Below are positions 42,721 to 56,800 of a stretch of DNA of 64,000 nucleotides, piece after piece. The notes under the pieces are model-generated. The model did no database searches. It was not told where the DNA came from and saw only the letters and a list, made by a program, of their open reading frames with translations. The position numbers and the translations under genes are program-made. The stretch is from NCBI GenBank assembly GCA_964016885.1, contig OZ024744.1:11346001-11410000 (forward strand), read 5' to 3'. Source of the DNA: Eledone cirrhosa (taxonomy: Eukaryota). The first letter of the stretch is position 1, and the number at the start of each line of letters is the position of its first letter.

Positions 42721-44859
42721 TGTATTGTTGATCTCCAATATGTCATATTATACTCCAATAAGTTGTGTTCTTGTACTCCAATATGTGTTGTTGTTGTACT
42801 CCAATATGTTGCGTTGTTGTACTCCAATATATCATGTTGTCGTACTCCAATATGTCATGTTATACTCCAATATGTCGTTGTTATACTCCAATAGGTCATG
42901 ATGTTGTACTCCAATATTTCGCGTTGTCGTACTCCAATATGTTGTGTTGTACTCCAATATGTTGTGCTGTTGTACTCCAATATGTTGTGTTGTTGTACTC
43001 CAATATGTTGTGTTGTTATACTCCAATATGTTGTGCTGTTGTACTCCAATATTTCGTGTTGTTGTACTCCAATACGTCGTGTTGTACTCCAACATGTTGT
43101 ATTGTTATACTTCAATATGTTATGTTGTTGTACTCCAATATGTCTTGTTGTTGTACTTCAATATGTTTTGATGTTGTACTCCAATATGTTGTGTTGTTGT
43201 ACTCCAATATGTTTTGATGTTGTACTCCAATATGTTGTGTTGTTGTACTCCAATATGTTGTGTAGTCGTACTCCAATATGTTGCGTTGTTGTACTCTAAT
43301 GTGTTGTGTTGTTATTCTCCAATATGTTGCGATGTTGTACTCCAATGCGTTGTGTTGTTGTACTCCAATGTGATGTGTTGTTATACTCCAATATGTTGTG
43401 CTGTTGTACTCCAATATTTTTTGTTTTTTGTACTCCAATATGTTGTGTTGTTATACTCCAATATGTTGTGTTATTATACTCCAATATGTTGTGCTGTTGT
43501 ACTCCAAATCTCGTGTTGTTATACTCCAATGTGTTGTGTTGTTATACTCCAATATGGTGTGTTGTTGTACTCCAATATGTTGTATTGTTTTCTCCAATAT
43601 GTCATGTTATACTCCAATATGGTGTGTTCGTGTACTTCAATATGTTGTGTTATTGTACTCCAATATGTTGCGTTGTTGTACTCCAATATGTTGTGTTGTT
43701 ATACTCCAATATGTCATGTGGCTGTACTCCAATATGTCATGTTGTTGTACTCCAATATGTCTTGTTATAGTCCAATATGTCGTGTTGTTGTACTCCAATA
43801 TATCATGTAGTTGTACTCCAATATTTCGTGTTGTTGTACCCCAATATGTAGTGTTGTTTATACTCCAATATGTTTTGCTGTTGTACTCCAATATGTTGTG
43901 TTGCTGTACTCCTATATGTTGTGTTGTTATTCTCCAATATGTTGTGCTGTTGTACTCCAATGTGTTGTGTTGTTATACTCCAATATGTTGTGTTGATTTA
44001 CTCCAATATGTTGTGTTGTTGTACTCCAATCTGTTGTGTTGTTATACTCCAATGTGTTGTGTTGTTATACTCCAATATGTTGTGTTGTTGTAGTCCAATA
44101 TGTTGTGTTGTCGTACTCCAATATGTTGTGTTGTTATACTCCAATATTTCGTGTGGTTGTACTCCAATATGTCATGGTGTTGTACTTCAATATGTCGTGT
44201 TGTTTTACTCCAATATGTTGTCTTGCTGTACTCCAATCTGTTGTATTGTTGTACTTCAATATGTTCTGTTGTTGTACTCCAATATATTGTGTTGTTGTAC
44301 TCCAATATGTTGTGTTGTTGTACTCCAATATGCTGTGTTGTTGTACTCCAATATGTTGTGTTGTTATACTCCAATATGTTGTGTTGTTGTACTCCAATAT
44401 CTTGTGTTGTTATACTCCAATATGTTGTGTTGTTATACTCCAATATGTTGTGTTGTTGTACTCCAATATATTGTGCTGTTGTACTCCAATATGATGTGCT
44501 GTTATACTCCAATATGTTGTGTTGTTGTACTCCAATATGTTGTGTTGTTGTACTCCAATATGTTGTGCCGTTGTACTCCAATATTTTTTTTGTTTTTGTA
44601 CTCCAAAATGTTGTGTTGTTATACTCCAATATGTTGTGTTGTTATACACCAATGTGGTGTGCTGTTGTAATCCAATATGTTATGTTGTACTCCAATATGT
44701 TGTGTTGTTATACTCCAATATGTAGTGTTGTTATACTCCAATATGTTGTGTTGTTGTACTCCAATCTGTTGTGTTATACTCCAATATGTTGTGTTGTTAT
44801 ACTCCAATATGTTGTGTCGTTATACTCCAATATGTTGTGTTGTTTTACTCCAATATGTT

Positions 44860-47800
44860 GTGTTGTTATACTCCAATATGTTGTGCTGTTGTACTCCAAT
44901 ATGTCATGTTGTTGTACTCCGATATTTCGTGTTGTTCTACTCCAATATTTCGTGTTGTTGTACTCCAATATCTCGTGGTGTTGTACTCCAATATGTTTTG
45001 ATGTTGTACTCCAATATGTCGTGTTGTTGTACTCCAATATGTTGTGTTGTTGTACTCCAATATGCTGTGTTGTTATACTCCTATATGTTGTGCTGTTGTA
45101 CTTCAATATGTTGTGTTCTACTCCAATATGTTGTGTTGTTCTACTCCAATATGTTGTGTTGTTGTACTCCAATATGTGATGTTGTTGTACTCCAATATGT
45201 CGTATTGTTGTACTCCAATATATTGTGTTGTTATACTCCAATATTTCGTGTTGTTTTAGTCCAATATGTCATGTTGTTTTACTCCAATATTTCGTGTTGT
45301 TGTACTCCAATATGTCATGGTGTTGTACTTCAATATGTCGTATTGTTGTACTCAAATATGTTGTGTTGTTGTTCTCCAATATGTCGTGTTGTTATACTCC
45401 AATATGTTATGATGTTGTACTCCAATATATTGTGTTGTTGTACTCCAATATGTTGTGTTGTTGTACTCCAATATGTTGTTGTACTCCAATATGCCATGTT
45501 GTTATACTCCAATATTTCGTGGTGTTGTACTCCAATATGTCATGTTGTTGTACTCCAATATTTCGTGTTGTTGTACTCCAATATGTCATAGGGGTTGTAC
45601 TCCAATATGGTTTGTTGTTGTACTCCAATATGCTGTGTTGCTGTACTCCAATAGGTTGTGTTGTTGTACTCCAATATGCTGTGTTGGCTGTGCTCCAATA
45701 CGTTGTGTTGTTGTACTCCAATATGTTGTGCTGCTGTACTCCAATATGTTGTGTTGTTGTACTCCAATATGTTGTGTTGTTGTACTCCAATATGTTGTGT
45801 TGTTGTACTCCAATCTATATCGCTGTTGTACTCCAATATGTTGTGTTGTTGTACTCCAATATGTTGTGTTGTTGTACTCCAAAATATTGTGTTGTTATAC
45901 TCCAATATGTTGTGTTGTTATACTCCAATATGTTGTGTTGTTATACTCCAATATGTTGTGCTGTTATACTCCAATATGTTGTGTTGTTGTACTCCAATAT
46001 GTTGTGCTGTTATACTCCAATACTTTGTGTTGTTATACTCCAATATGTGGTATTGTTGTACTCCAATATGTTGTGCTGTTGTCCTCCAATATGTTGTGTT
46101 GTTATACTCCAATATGTTGTGTTGTTATACTCGAATATTTTGTGTTGTTATACTCGAATATCTTGTGTTGTTATACTCGAATATGTTGTGCTGTTGTACT
46201 CCAATATGTCGTGTTGTTGTACTCCAATATATCATGTAGTTGTACTCCAATATTTCGTGTTGTTGTACCCCAATATGTAGTGTTGTTTATACTCCAATAT
46301 GTTTTGCTGTTGTACTCCAATATGATGTGCTGTTGTACTCCAATATGTTGTATTGTTGTTCTCCAATATGTCATGTTATACTCCAATAAGTTGTGTTCTT
46401 GTACTCCAATATGTTGTGTTGTTGTACTCCAATATATCATGTTGTCGTACTCCAATATGTCATGTTATACTCCAATATGTCATTGTTGTACTCCAATATG
46501 TCGTGTTGTTGTACTCCAATATGTCGTGTTGTTGTACTCCAATACGTCGTGTTGTACTCCAATATGTTGTATTGTTATACTCCAATATGTTATGTTGTTG
46601 TACTCCAATATGTCTTGTTGTTGTACTTCAATATGTTTTGATGTTGTACTCCAATATGTTGTGTTGTTGTACTCCAATATGTTTTGATGTTGTACTCCAA
46701 TATGTTGTGTTCTTGTACTCCAATATGTTGTGTTGTTGTACTCCAATATATCATGTTGTCGTACTCCAATATGTCATGTTATACTCCAATATGTCATTGT
46801 TGTACTCCAATATGTCGTGTTGTTGTACTCCAATATGTCGTGTTGTTGTACTCCAATATGCTGTGTTGTTATACTCCAATATGTTGTGTTGTTGTACTCC
46901 AATATGTTGTGTTGTTATACTCCAATATGTTGTGTTGTTGTACTCCAATATGTCATGTTGTTGTACTCCAATATGTTGCGTTGTTGTACTCCAATATATC
47001 ATGTTGTCGTACTCCAATATGTTTTGATGTTGTACTCCAATATGTTGTGTTGTTGTACTCCAATATGTTGTGTAGTCGTACTCCAATATGTTGTGTTGTT
47101 GTACTCCAATATGCTGTGATGTTGTACTCCAATATGATGTGCTGTTGTACTCCAATGCGTTGTGTTGTTGTACTCCAATATGCTGTGTTGTTATACTCCA
47201 ATATGTTGTGTTGTTATACTCCAATCTGTTGTGTTGTTATACTCCAATATATTGTGTTGTTACACTCCAATATGTTGTGTTGTTTTACTCCAATATCTTG
47301 TATTGTTGTTCTCCAATATGTCATGTTATACTCCAATAAGTTGTGTTCTTGTACTCCAATATGTTGTGTTGTTGTACTCCAATATGTTGTGTTGTTGTAC
47401 TCCAATATATCATGTTGTCGTACTCCAATATGTCATGTTATACTCCAATGTGTCATTGTTGTACTCCAATATGTCGTGTTGTTGTACTCCAATATGTCGT
47501 GTTGTTGTACTCCAATATGTTGTGTTGTTGTACTCCAATATGTTGTGTTGTTGTACTCCAATATGTTGTGTTGTTATACTCCAATATGTTATGTTGTTGT
47601 ACTCCAATATGTCATGTTGTTGTACTCCAATATGTTTTGATGTTGTACTCCAATATGTCGTGTTGTTATACTCCAATATGTTATGATGTTGTACTCCAAT
47701 ATATTGTGTTGTTGTACTCCAATATGTTGTGTTGCTGTACTCCAATATGTTGTGTCGTTGTACTCCAATACGCTGTGTTGTTGTACTCCAATATGTTGTG

Positions 47801-50800
47801 TTGTTGTACTCCAATATGTTGTTGTACTCCAATATGCCATGTTGTCGTACTCCAATATTTCGTGTTGTTGTACTCCAATATGTCATGGTGTTGTACTCCA
47901 ATATGTTGTGTTGTTGTACTCCAATATGTTGTGTTGTTGTACTCCAATATGTTGTGTTGTTGTACTCCAATATGTTGTGTTGTTGTACTCCAATATGTTG
48001 TGTTGTTGTACTCCAATATGTTGTGTTGTTGTACTCCAATATGCCATGTTGTTATACTCCAATATGTGGTGGTGTTGTACTCCAATATGTCATGTTGTTG
48101 TACTCCAATATTTCGTGTTGTTGTACTCCAATATTTCATAGGGGCTGTACTCCAATATGCTGTGTTGCTGTACTCCAATAGGTTGTGTTGTTGTACTCCA
48201 ATATGCTGTGTTGGCTGTGCTCCAATACGTTGTGTTGTTGTACTCCAATATTTTGTGCTGCTGTACTCCAATATGTTGTGTTGTTGTACTCCAATATGTT
48301 GTGTTGTTGTACTCCAATATGTTGTGTTGTTGTACTCCAATCTATATCGCTGTTGTACTCCAATATGTTGTGTTGTTGTACTCCAATATGTTGTGCTGTT
48401 GTACTCCAATATGTTGTGCTGTTGTGCTCCAATATTTTGTGCTGTTACACTCCAATATATTGTGTTGTTATAATCCAATATGTTGTGTTGTTGTACTCCA
48501 AAATATTGTGTTGTTATACTCCAATATGTTGTGTTGTTATACTCCAATAAGTTGTGCTGTTATACTCCAATATGTTGTGTTGTTGTACTCCAATATGTTG
48601 TGCTGTTATACTCCAATATTTTGTGTTGTTATACTCCAATATGTGGTATTGTTGTACTCCAATATGTTGTGCTGTTGTACTCCAATATGTTGTGTTGTTA
48701 TACTCCAACATGTTGTGTTGTTATACTCCAATATGTTGTGTTGTTATACTCGAATATGTTGTGTTGTTATACTCGAATATCTTGTGTTGTTATACTCGAA
48801 TATGTTGTGCTGTTGTACTCCAATATGTCGTGTTGTTGTACTCCAATATATCATGTACTTGTACTCCAATATTTCGTGTTGTTGTACCCCAATATGTAGT
48901 GTTGTTTATACTCCAATATGTTTTGCTGTTGTACTCCAATATGTTGTGTTGCTGTACTCCTATATGTTGTGTTGTTATTCTCCAATATGTTGTGCTGTTG
49001 TACTCCAATGTGTTGTGTTGTTATACTCCAATATGTTGTGTTGATTTACTCCAATATGTTGTGTTGTTGTACTCCAATCTGTTGTGTTGTTATACTCCAA
49101 TGTGTTGTGTTGTTATACTCCAATATGTTGTGTTGTTGTAGTCCAATATGTTGTGTTGTCGTACTCCAATATGTTGTGTTGTTATACTCCAATATTTCGT
49201 GTGGTTGTACTCCAATATGTCATGGTGTTGTACTTCAATATGTCGTGTTGCTGTACTCCAATATGTTGTCTTGCTGTACTCCAATATGTTGTGTTGTTGT
49301 ACTCCAATATCTTGTGTTCTTATACTCCAATATGTTGTGTTGTTATACTCCAATATGTTGTGTTGTTGTACTCCAATATGTTGTGCTGTTTTACTCCAAT
49401 ATGTTGTGTTGTTGTACTCCAATATGTTGTATTGTTTTTCTCCAATATGTCATGTTATACTCCAATAAGTTGTGTTCTTGTACTCCAATATGTTGTGTTG
49501 TTGTACTCCAATATATCATGTTGTCGTACTCCAATATGTCATGTTATACTCCAATATGTCATTGTTGTACTCCAATATGTCGTGTTGTTGTACTCCAATA
49601 TGTTGTGTTGATTTACTCCAATATGTTGTGTTGTTGTACTCCAATCTGTTGTGTTGTTATACTCCAATATGTTGTGTTGTTATACTCCAATATGTTGTGT
49701 TGTTTTACTCCAATATGTTGTGTTGTTGTACTCCAATATCTTGTGTTGTTATACTCCAATATGTTGTGTTGTTGTACTCCAATATGTTGTGTTGTTATAC
49801 TCCAATATGTTGTGTTGTGATACTCCAATATGTTGTGCTGTTGTACTCCAATATGTTGTGTTGTTATACTCCAATATGTTGTGTTGTTTTACTCCAATAT
49901 GTTGTGTTGTTGTACTCCAATATGTTGTATTGTTGTTCTCCAATATGTCATGTTATACTCCAATAAGTTGTGTTCTTGTACTCCAATATGTTGTGTTGTT
50001 GTACTCCAATATATCATGTTGTCGTACTCCAATATGTCATGTTATACTCCAATATGTCGTTGTTATACTCCAATATGTCATGTTGTTGTACTCCAATATG
50101 TCGTATTGTTATACTCCAATATGTTTTGATGTTGTACTCCAATATGTTGTGTAGTCGTACTCCAATATGTTGTATTGTTATACTCCATTATGTTGTGCTG
50201 TTGTACTCCAATATGTTCTGTTGTTGTACTCCAATATATTGTGTTGTTGTACTCCAATATGTCGTGTTGTTGTACTCCAATATGTCGTGTTGTTGTACTC
50301 CAATATGTTGTGTTGTTGTACTCCAATATGTTGTGTTGTTGTACTCCAATATGTTGTATTGTTATACTCCAATATGTTATGTTGTTGTACTCCAATATGT
50401 CATGTTGTTGTACTCCAATATGTTTTGATGTTGTACTCCAATATGTTGTGTTGTTGTACTCCAATATGTTTTGATGTTGTACTCCAATATGTTGTGTTGT
50501 TGTACTCCAATATGCTGTGTAGTCGTACTCCAATATGTTGTGTTGTTGTACTCCAATATGCTGTGATGTTGTACTCCAATATGATGTGCTGTTGTACTCC
50601 AATGCGTTGTGTTGTTGTACTCCAATATGCTGCGTTGTTATACTCCAATATGTTGTGTTGTTGTACTCCAATATGTTGTGTTGTTGTACTCCAATATGTT
50701 GTGTTGTTGTAATCCAATATCTTGTGTTGTTATACTCCAATATGTTGTGCTGTTGTACTCCAATATGTTGAGTTGTTATACTCCAATATGTAGTGTTGTT

Positions 50801-53800
50801 ATACTCCAATATGTTGTGTTGTTGTACTCCAATCTGTTGCGTTATACTCCAATATGTTGTGTTGTTATACTCCAATATGTTGTGTTGTTATACTCCAATA
50901 TGTTGTGTTGCTTTACTCCAATATGTTGTATTGTTGATCTCCAATATGTCATATTATACTCCAATAAGTTGTGTTCTTGTACTCCAATATGTGTTGTTGT
51001 TGTACTCCAATATGTTGCGTTGTTGTACTCCAATATATCATGTTGTCGTACTCCAATATGTCATGTTATACTCCAATATGTTTTGATGCTGTACTCCAAT
51101 ATGTTGTGTTGTTGTACTACAATATGTTGTGTTGTTGTACTCCAATATGTTGTGTTGTTATACTCCAATATGGTGTGCTGTTGTACTCCAATATGTTGTG
51201 TTGTTATACTCCAATATGTAGTGTTGTTATACTCCAATATGTTGTGTTGTTGTACTCCAATCTGTTGTGTTGTTATACTCCAATATATTGTGTTGTTATA
51301 CTCCAATATGTTGTGTTGTTTTACTCCAATATGTTGTGTTGTTGTACTCCAATATGTTGTGTTCTTGTACTCCAATATGTCGTGTTGTCGTACTCCAATA
51401 TGTTGTGTTGTTGTACTCCAATATGTTGTGCTGTTGTACTCCAATATGTTGTGTTGTTGTACTCCAATATGTTGTGTTGTTATACTCCAATATGTTGTGC
51501 TGTTGTACTCCAATATTCCGTGTTGTTGTACTCCAATACGTCGTGTTGTACTCCAATATGTTGTGTTGTTATACTCCAATATGTTATGTTGTTGTACTCC
51601 AATGTGTCTTGTTGTTGTACTCCAATATGTTTTGATGTTGTACTCCAATATGTTTTGTTGTTATTCTCCAATATGTTGTGATGTTGTACTCCAATGTGAT
51701 GTGTTGTTGTACTCCAATATGTTGTGCTGTTGTACTCCAATATTTTTTGTTTTTTGTACTCCAATATGTTGTGTTGTTATACACCAATATGTTGTGTTGT
51801 TATACTCCAATATGGTGTGTTGTTGTACTCCAATATGTTGTATTGTTTTCTCCAATATGTCATGTTATACTCCAATATGGTGTGTTCGTGTACTCCAATA
51901 TGTTGTGTTATTGTACTCCAATATGTTGCGTTGTTGTACTCCAATATGTTGTGTTGTTATACTCCAATATGTCGTGTGGCTGTACTCCAATATGTCATGT
52001 TGTTGTACTCCAATATGTCTTGTTATAGTCCAATATGTCGTGTTGTTGTACTCCAATATATCATGTAGTTGTACTCCAATATTTCGTGTTGTTGTACCCC
52101 AATATGTAGTGTTGTTTATACTCCAATATGTTCTGCTGTTGTACTCCAATATGTTGTGTTGCTGTACTCCTATATGTTGTGTTGTTATTCTCCAATATGT
52201 TGTGCTGTTGTACTCCAATGTGTTGTGTTGTTATACTCCAATGTGTTGTGTTGTTATACTCCAATATGTTGTGTTGTTGTAGTCCAATATGTTGTGTTGT
52301 TATACTCCAATATTTCGTGTGGTTGTACTCCAATATGTCATGGTGTTGTACTTCAATATGTCGTGTTGTTGTACTCCAATATGTTGTCTTGTTGTACTCC
52401 AATCTGTTGTATTGTTGTACTTCAATATGTTCTGTTCATGTACTCCAATATATTATGTTGTTGTACTCCAATATGTTGTGTTGTTGTACTCCAATATGTT
52501 GTGCTTTTGTACTCCAATATGTTTTGCTGTTGTACTCCACTGTGTTGTGTTGTTGAACTCCAATATGTTGTGTTGTTGTTCTCCAATATTTTGTGCTGTT
52601 GTACTCCAATGTGTTGTGTTGTTATACTCCAATATGTTGTGTTGTGATACTCCAATGTGTTGTGTTGTTGTACTCCAATATGTTGTGTTGTTGTACTCCA
52701 ATATGTTGTGTTGTTATACACCAATGTGGTGTGCTGTTGTAATCCAATATGTTATGTTGTACTCCAATATGTTGTGTTGTTATACTCCAATATGTAGTGT
52801 TGTTATACTCCAATATGTTGTGTTGTTGTACTCCAATCTGTTGTGTTATACTCCAATATGTTGTGTTGTTATACTCCAATATGTTGTGTTGTTATACTCC
52901 AATATGGTGTGTTGGTGTACTCCAATATGTTGTATTGTTTTCTCCAATATGTCATGTTATACTCCAATATGGTGTGTTCGTGTACTCCAATATGTTGTGT
53001 TATTGTACTCCAATATGTTGCGTTGTTGTACTCCAATATGTTGTGTTGTTATACTCCAATATGTCGTGTGGCTGTACTCCAATATGTCATGTTGTTGTAC
53101 TCCAATATGTCTTGTTATAGTCCAATATGTCGTGTTGTTGTACTCCAATATATCATGTAGTTGTACTCCAATATTTCGTGTTGTTGTACCCCAATATGTA
53201 GTGTTGTTTATACTCCAATATGTTTTGCTGTTGTACTCCAATATGTTGTGTTGCTGTACTCCTATATGTTGTGTTGTTATTCTCCAATATGTTGTGCTGT
53301 TGTACTCCAATGTGTTGTGTTGTTATACTCCAATGTGTTGTGTTGTTATACTCCAATATGTTGTGTTGTTGTAGTCCAATATGTTGTGTTGTCGTACTCC
53401 AATATGTTGTGTTGTTATACTCCAATATTTCGTGTGGTTGTACTCCAATATGTCATGGTGTTGTACTTCAATATGTCGTGTTGTTGTACTCCAATATGTT
53501 GTCTTGTTGTACTCCAATCTGTTGTATTGTTGTACTTCAATATGTTCTGTTGTTGTACTCCAATATATTGTGTTGTTGTACTCCAATATGTTGTGTTGTT
53601 GTACTCCAATATGCTGTGTTGTTGTACTCCAATATGTTGTGTTGTTGTACTCCAATATGTTGAGTTGTTGTAGTCCAATATCTTGTGTTCTTATACTCCA
53701 ATATGTTGTGTTGTTATACTCCTATATGTTGTGTTGTTGTACTCCAATATGTTGTGCTGTTGTACTCCAATATGATGTGCTGTTGTACTCCAATATGTTG

Positions 53801-56800
53801 TGTTGTTGTACTCCAATGTGTTGTGTTGTTGTACTCCAATATGTTGTGCCGTTGTACTCCAATATTTTTTTTGTTTTTGTACTCCAAAATATTGTGTTGT
53901 TATACTCCAATATGTTGTGTTGGTGTACTCCAATATGGTGTGCTGTTGTACTCCAAATCTCGTGTTGTTATACTCCAATGTGTTGTGTTGTTATACTCCA
54001 ATATGGTGTGTTGTTGAACTCCAATATGTTGTATTGTTTTTCTCCAATATGTCATGTTATACTCCAATATGTTGTGTTCATGTACTCCAATATGTTGTGT
54101 TATTGTACTCCAATATGTTGCGTTGTTGTACTCCAATATGTTGTGTTGTTATACTCCAATATGTTGTGTTGTTGTACTCCAATATGTCATGTTGTTGTAC
54201 TCCAGTATGTCTTGTTATACTCCAATATGTCGTGTTGCTGTACTCCAATATGTCATGCTGTTGTACTCCAATATTTCGTGTCGTTGTACGCCAATATGTT
54301 GTGCTTTTGTACTCCAATATGTTTTGCTGTTGTACTCCACTGTGTTGTGTTGTTGAACTCCAATATGTTGTGTTGTTGTTCTCCAATATTTTGTGCTGTT
54401 GTACTCCAATGTGTTGTGTTGTTATACTCCAATATGTTGTGTTGTGATACTCCAATGTGTTGTGTTGTTGTACTCCAATATGTTGTGTTGTTGTACTCCA
54501 ATATGTTGTGTTGTTATACACCAATGTGGTGTGCTGTTGTAATCCAATATGTTATGTTGTACTCCAATATGTTGTGTTGTTATACTCCAATATGTAGTGT
54601 TGTTATACTCCAATATGTTGTGTTGTTGTACTCCAATCTGTTGTGTTATACTCCAATATGTTGTGTTGTTGTACTCCAATATGTTGTATTGTTGTTCTCC
54701 AATATGTCATGCTATACTCCAATAAGTTGTGTTCTTGTACTCCAATATGTTTTGTTGTTGTACTCCAATATGTTGTGTTGTTGTACTCCAATATATCATG
54801 TTGTCGTACTCCAATATGTCATGTTATACTCCAATATGTCGTTGTTATACTCCAATATGTCATGTTGCTGTACTCCAACATGTCGTGTTGTAGTACTCCA
54901 ATATGTTTTGATGTTGTACTCCAATATGTTGTGTTGTTGTACTCCAATATGTTGTGTTGTTGTACTCCAATATGTTGTGTTGTTATACTCCAATATGTTG
55001 TGTTGTTATACTCCAATATGTTGTGCTGTTGTACTCCAATATGTCATGTTGTTGTACTCCGATATTTCGTGTTGTTCTACTCCAATATTTCGTGTTGTTG
55101 TACTCCAATATCTCGTGGTGTTGTACTCCAATATGTTTTGATGTTGTACTCCAATATGTCGTGTTGTTGTACTCCAATATGTTGTGTTGTTGTACTCCAA
55201 TATGCTGTGTTGTTATACTCCTATATGTTGTGCTGTTGTACTTCAATATGTTGTGTTCTACTCCAATATGTTGTGTTGTTCTACTCCAATATGTTGTGTT
55301 GTTGTACTCCAATATGTGATGTTGTTGTACTCCAATATGTCGTATTGTTGTACTCCAATATATTGTGTTGTTATACTCCAATATTTCGTGTTGTTTTAGT
55401 CCAATATGTCATGTTGTTTTACTCCAATATTTCGTGTTGTTGTACTCCAATATGTCATGGTGTTGTACTTCAATATGTCGTATTGTTGTACTCAAATATG
55501 TTGTGTTGTTGTTCTCCAATATGTCGTGTTGTTATACTCCAATATGTTATGATGTTGTACTCCAATATATTGTGTTGTTGTACTCCAATATGTTGTGTTG
55601 CTGTACTCCAATATGTTGTGTCGTTGTACTCCAATATGTTGTGTTGTTGTACTCCAATATGTTGTGTTGTTGTACTCCAATATGTTGTTGTACTCCAATA
55701 TGCCATGTTGTTATACTCCAATATTTCGTGGCGTTGTACTCCAATATGTCATGTTGTTGTACTCCAATATTTCGTGTTGTTGTACTCCAATATGTCGTAG
55801 GGGTTGTACTCCAATATGGTGTGTTGTTGTACTCCAATATGCTGTGTTGCTGTACTCCAATAGGTTGTGTTGTTGTACTCCAATATGCTGTGTTGGCTGT
55901 GCTCCAATACGTTGTGTTGTTGTACTCCAATATGTTGTGCTGCTGTACTCCAATATGTTGTGTTGTTGTACTCCAATATGTTGTGTTGTTGTACTCCAAT
56001 ATGTTGTGTTGTTGTACTCCAATCTATATCGCTGTTGTACTCCAATATGTTGTGTTGTTGTACTCCAATATGTTGTGTTGTTGTACTCCAAAATATTGTG
56101 TTGTTATACTCCAATATGTTGTGTTGTTATACTCCAATATGTTGTGCTGTTATACTCCAATATGTTGTGTTGTTGTACTCCAATATGTTGTGCTGTTATA
56201 CTCCAATATTTTGTGTTGTTATACTCCAATATGTGGTATTGTTGTACTCCAATATGTTGTGCTGTTGTCCTCCAATATGTTGTGTTGTTATACTCCAACA
56301 TGTTGTGTTGTTATACTCCAATATGTTGTGTTGTTATACTCGAATATTTTGTGTTGTTATACTCGAATATCTTGTGTTGTTATACTCGAATATGTTGTGC
56401 TGTTGTACTCCAATATGTCGTGTTGTTGTACTCCAATATATCATGTAGTTGTACTCCAATATTTCGTGTTGTTGTACCCCAATATGTAGTGTTGTTTATA
56501 CTCCAATATGTTTTGCTGTTGTACTCCAATATGATGTGCTGTTGTACTCCAATATGTTGTATTGTTGTTCTCCAATATGTCATGTTATACTCCAATAAGT
56601 TGTGTTCTTGTACTCCAATATGTTGTGTTGTTGTACTCCAATATATCATGTTGTCGTACTCCAATATGTCATGTTATACTCCAATATGTCATTGTTGTAC
56701 TCCAATATGTCATTGTTGTACTCCAATATGTCGCGTTGTTGTACTCCAATATGTCGTGTTGTTGTACTCCAATATGCTGTGTTGTTATACTCCAATATGT

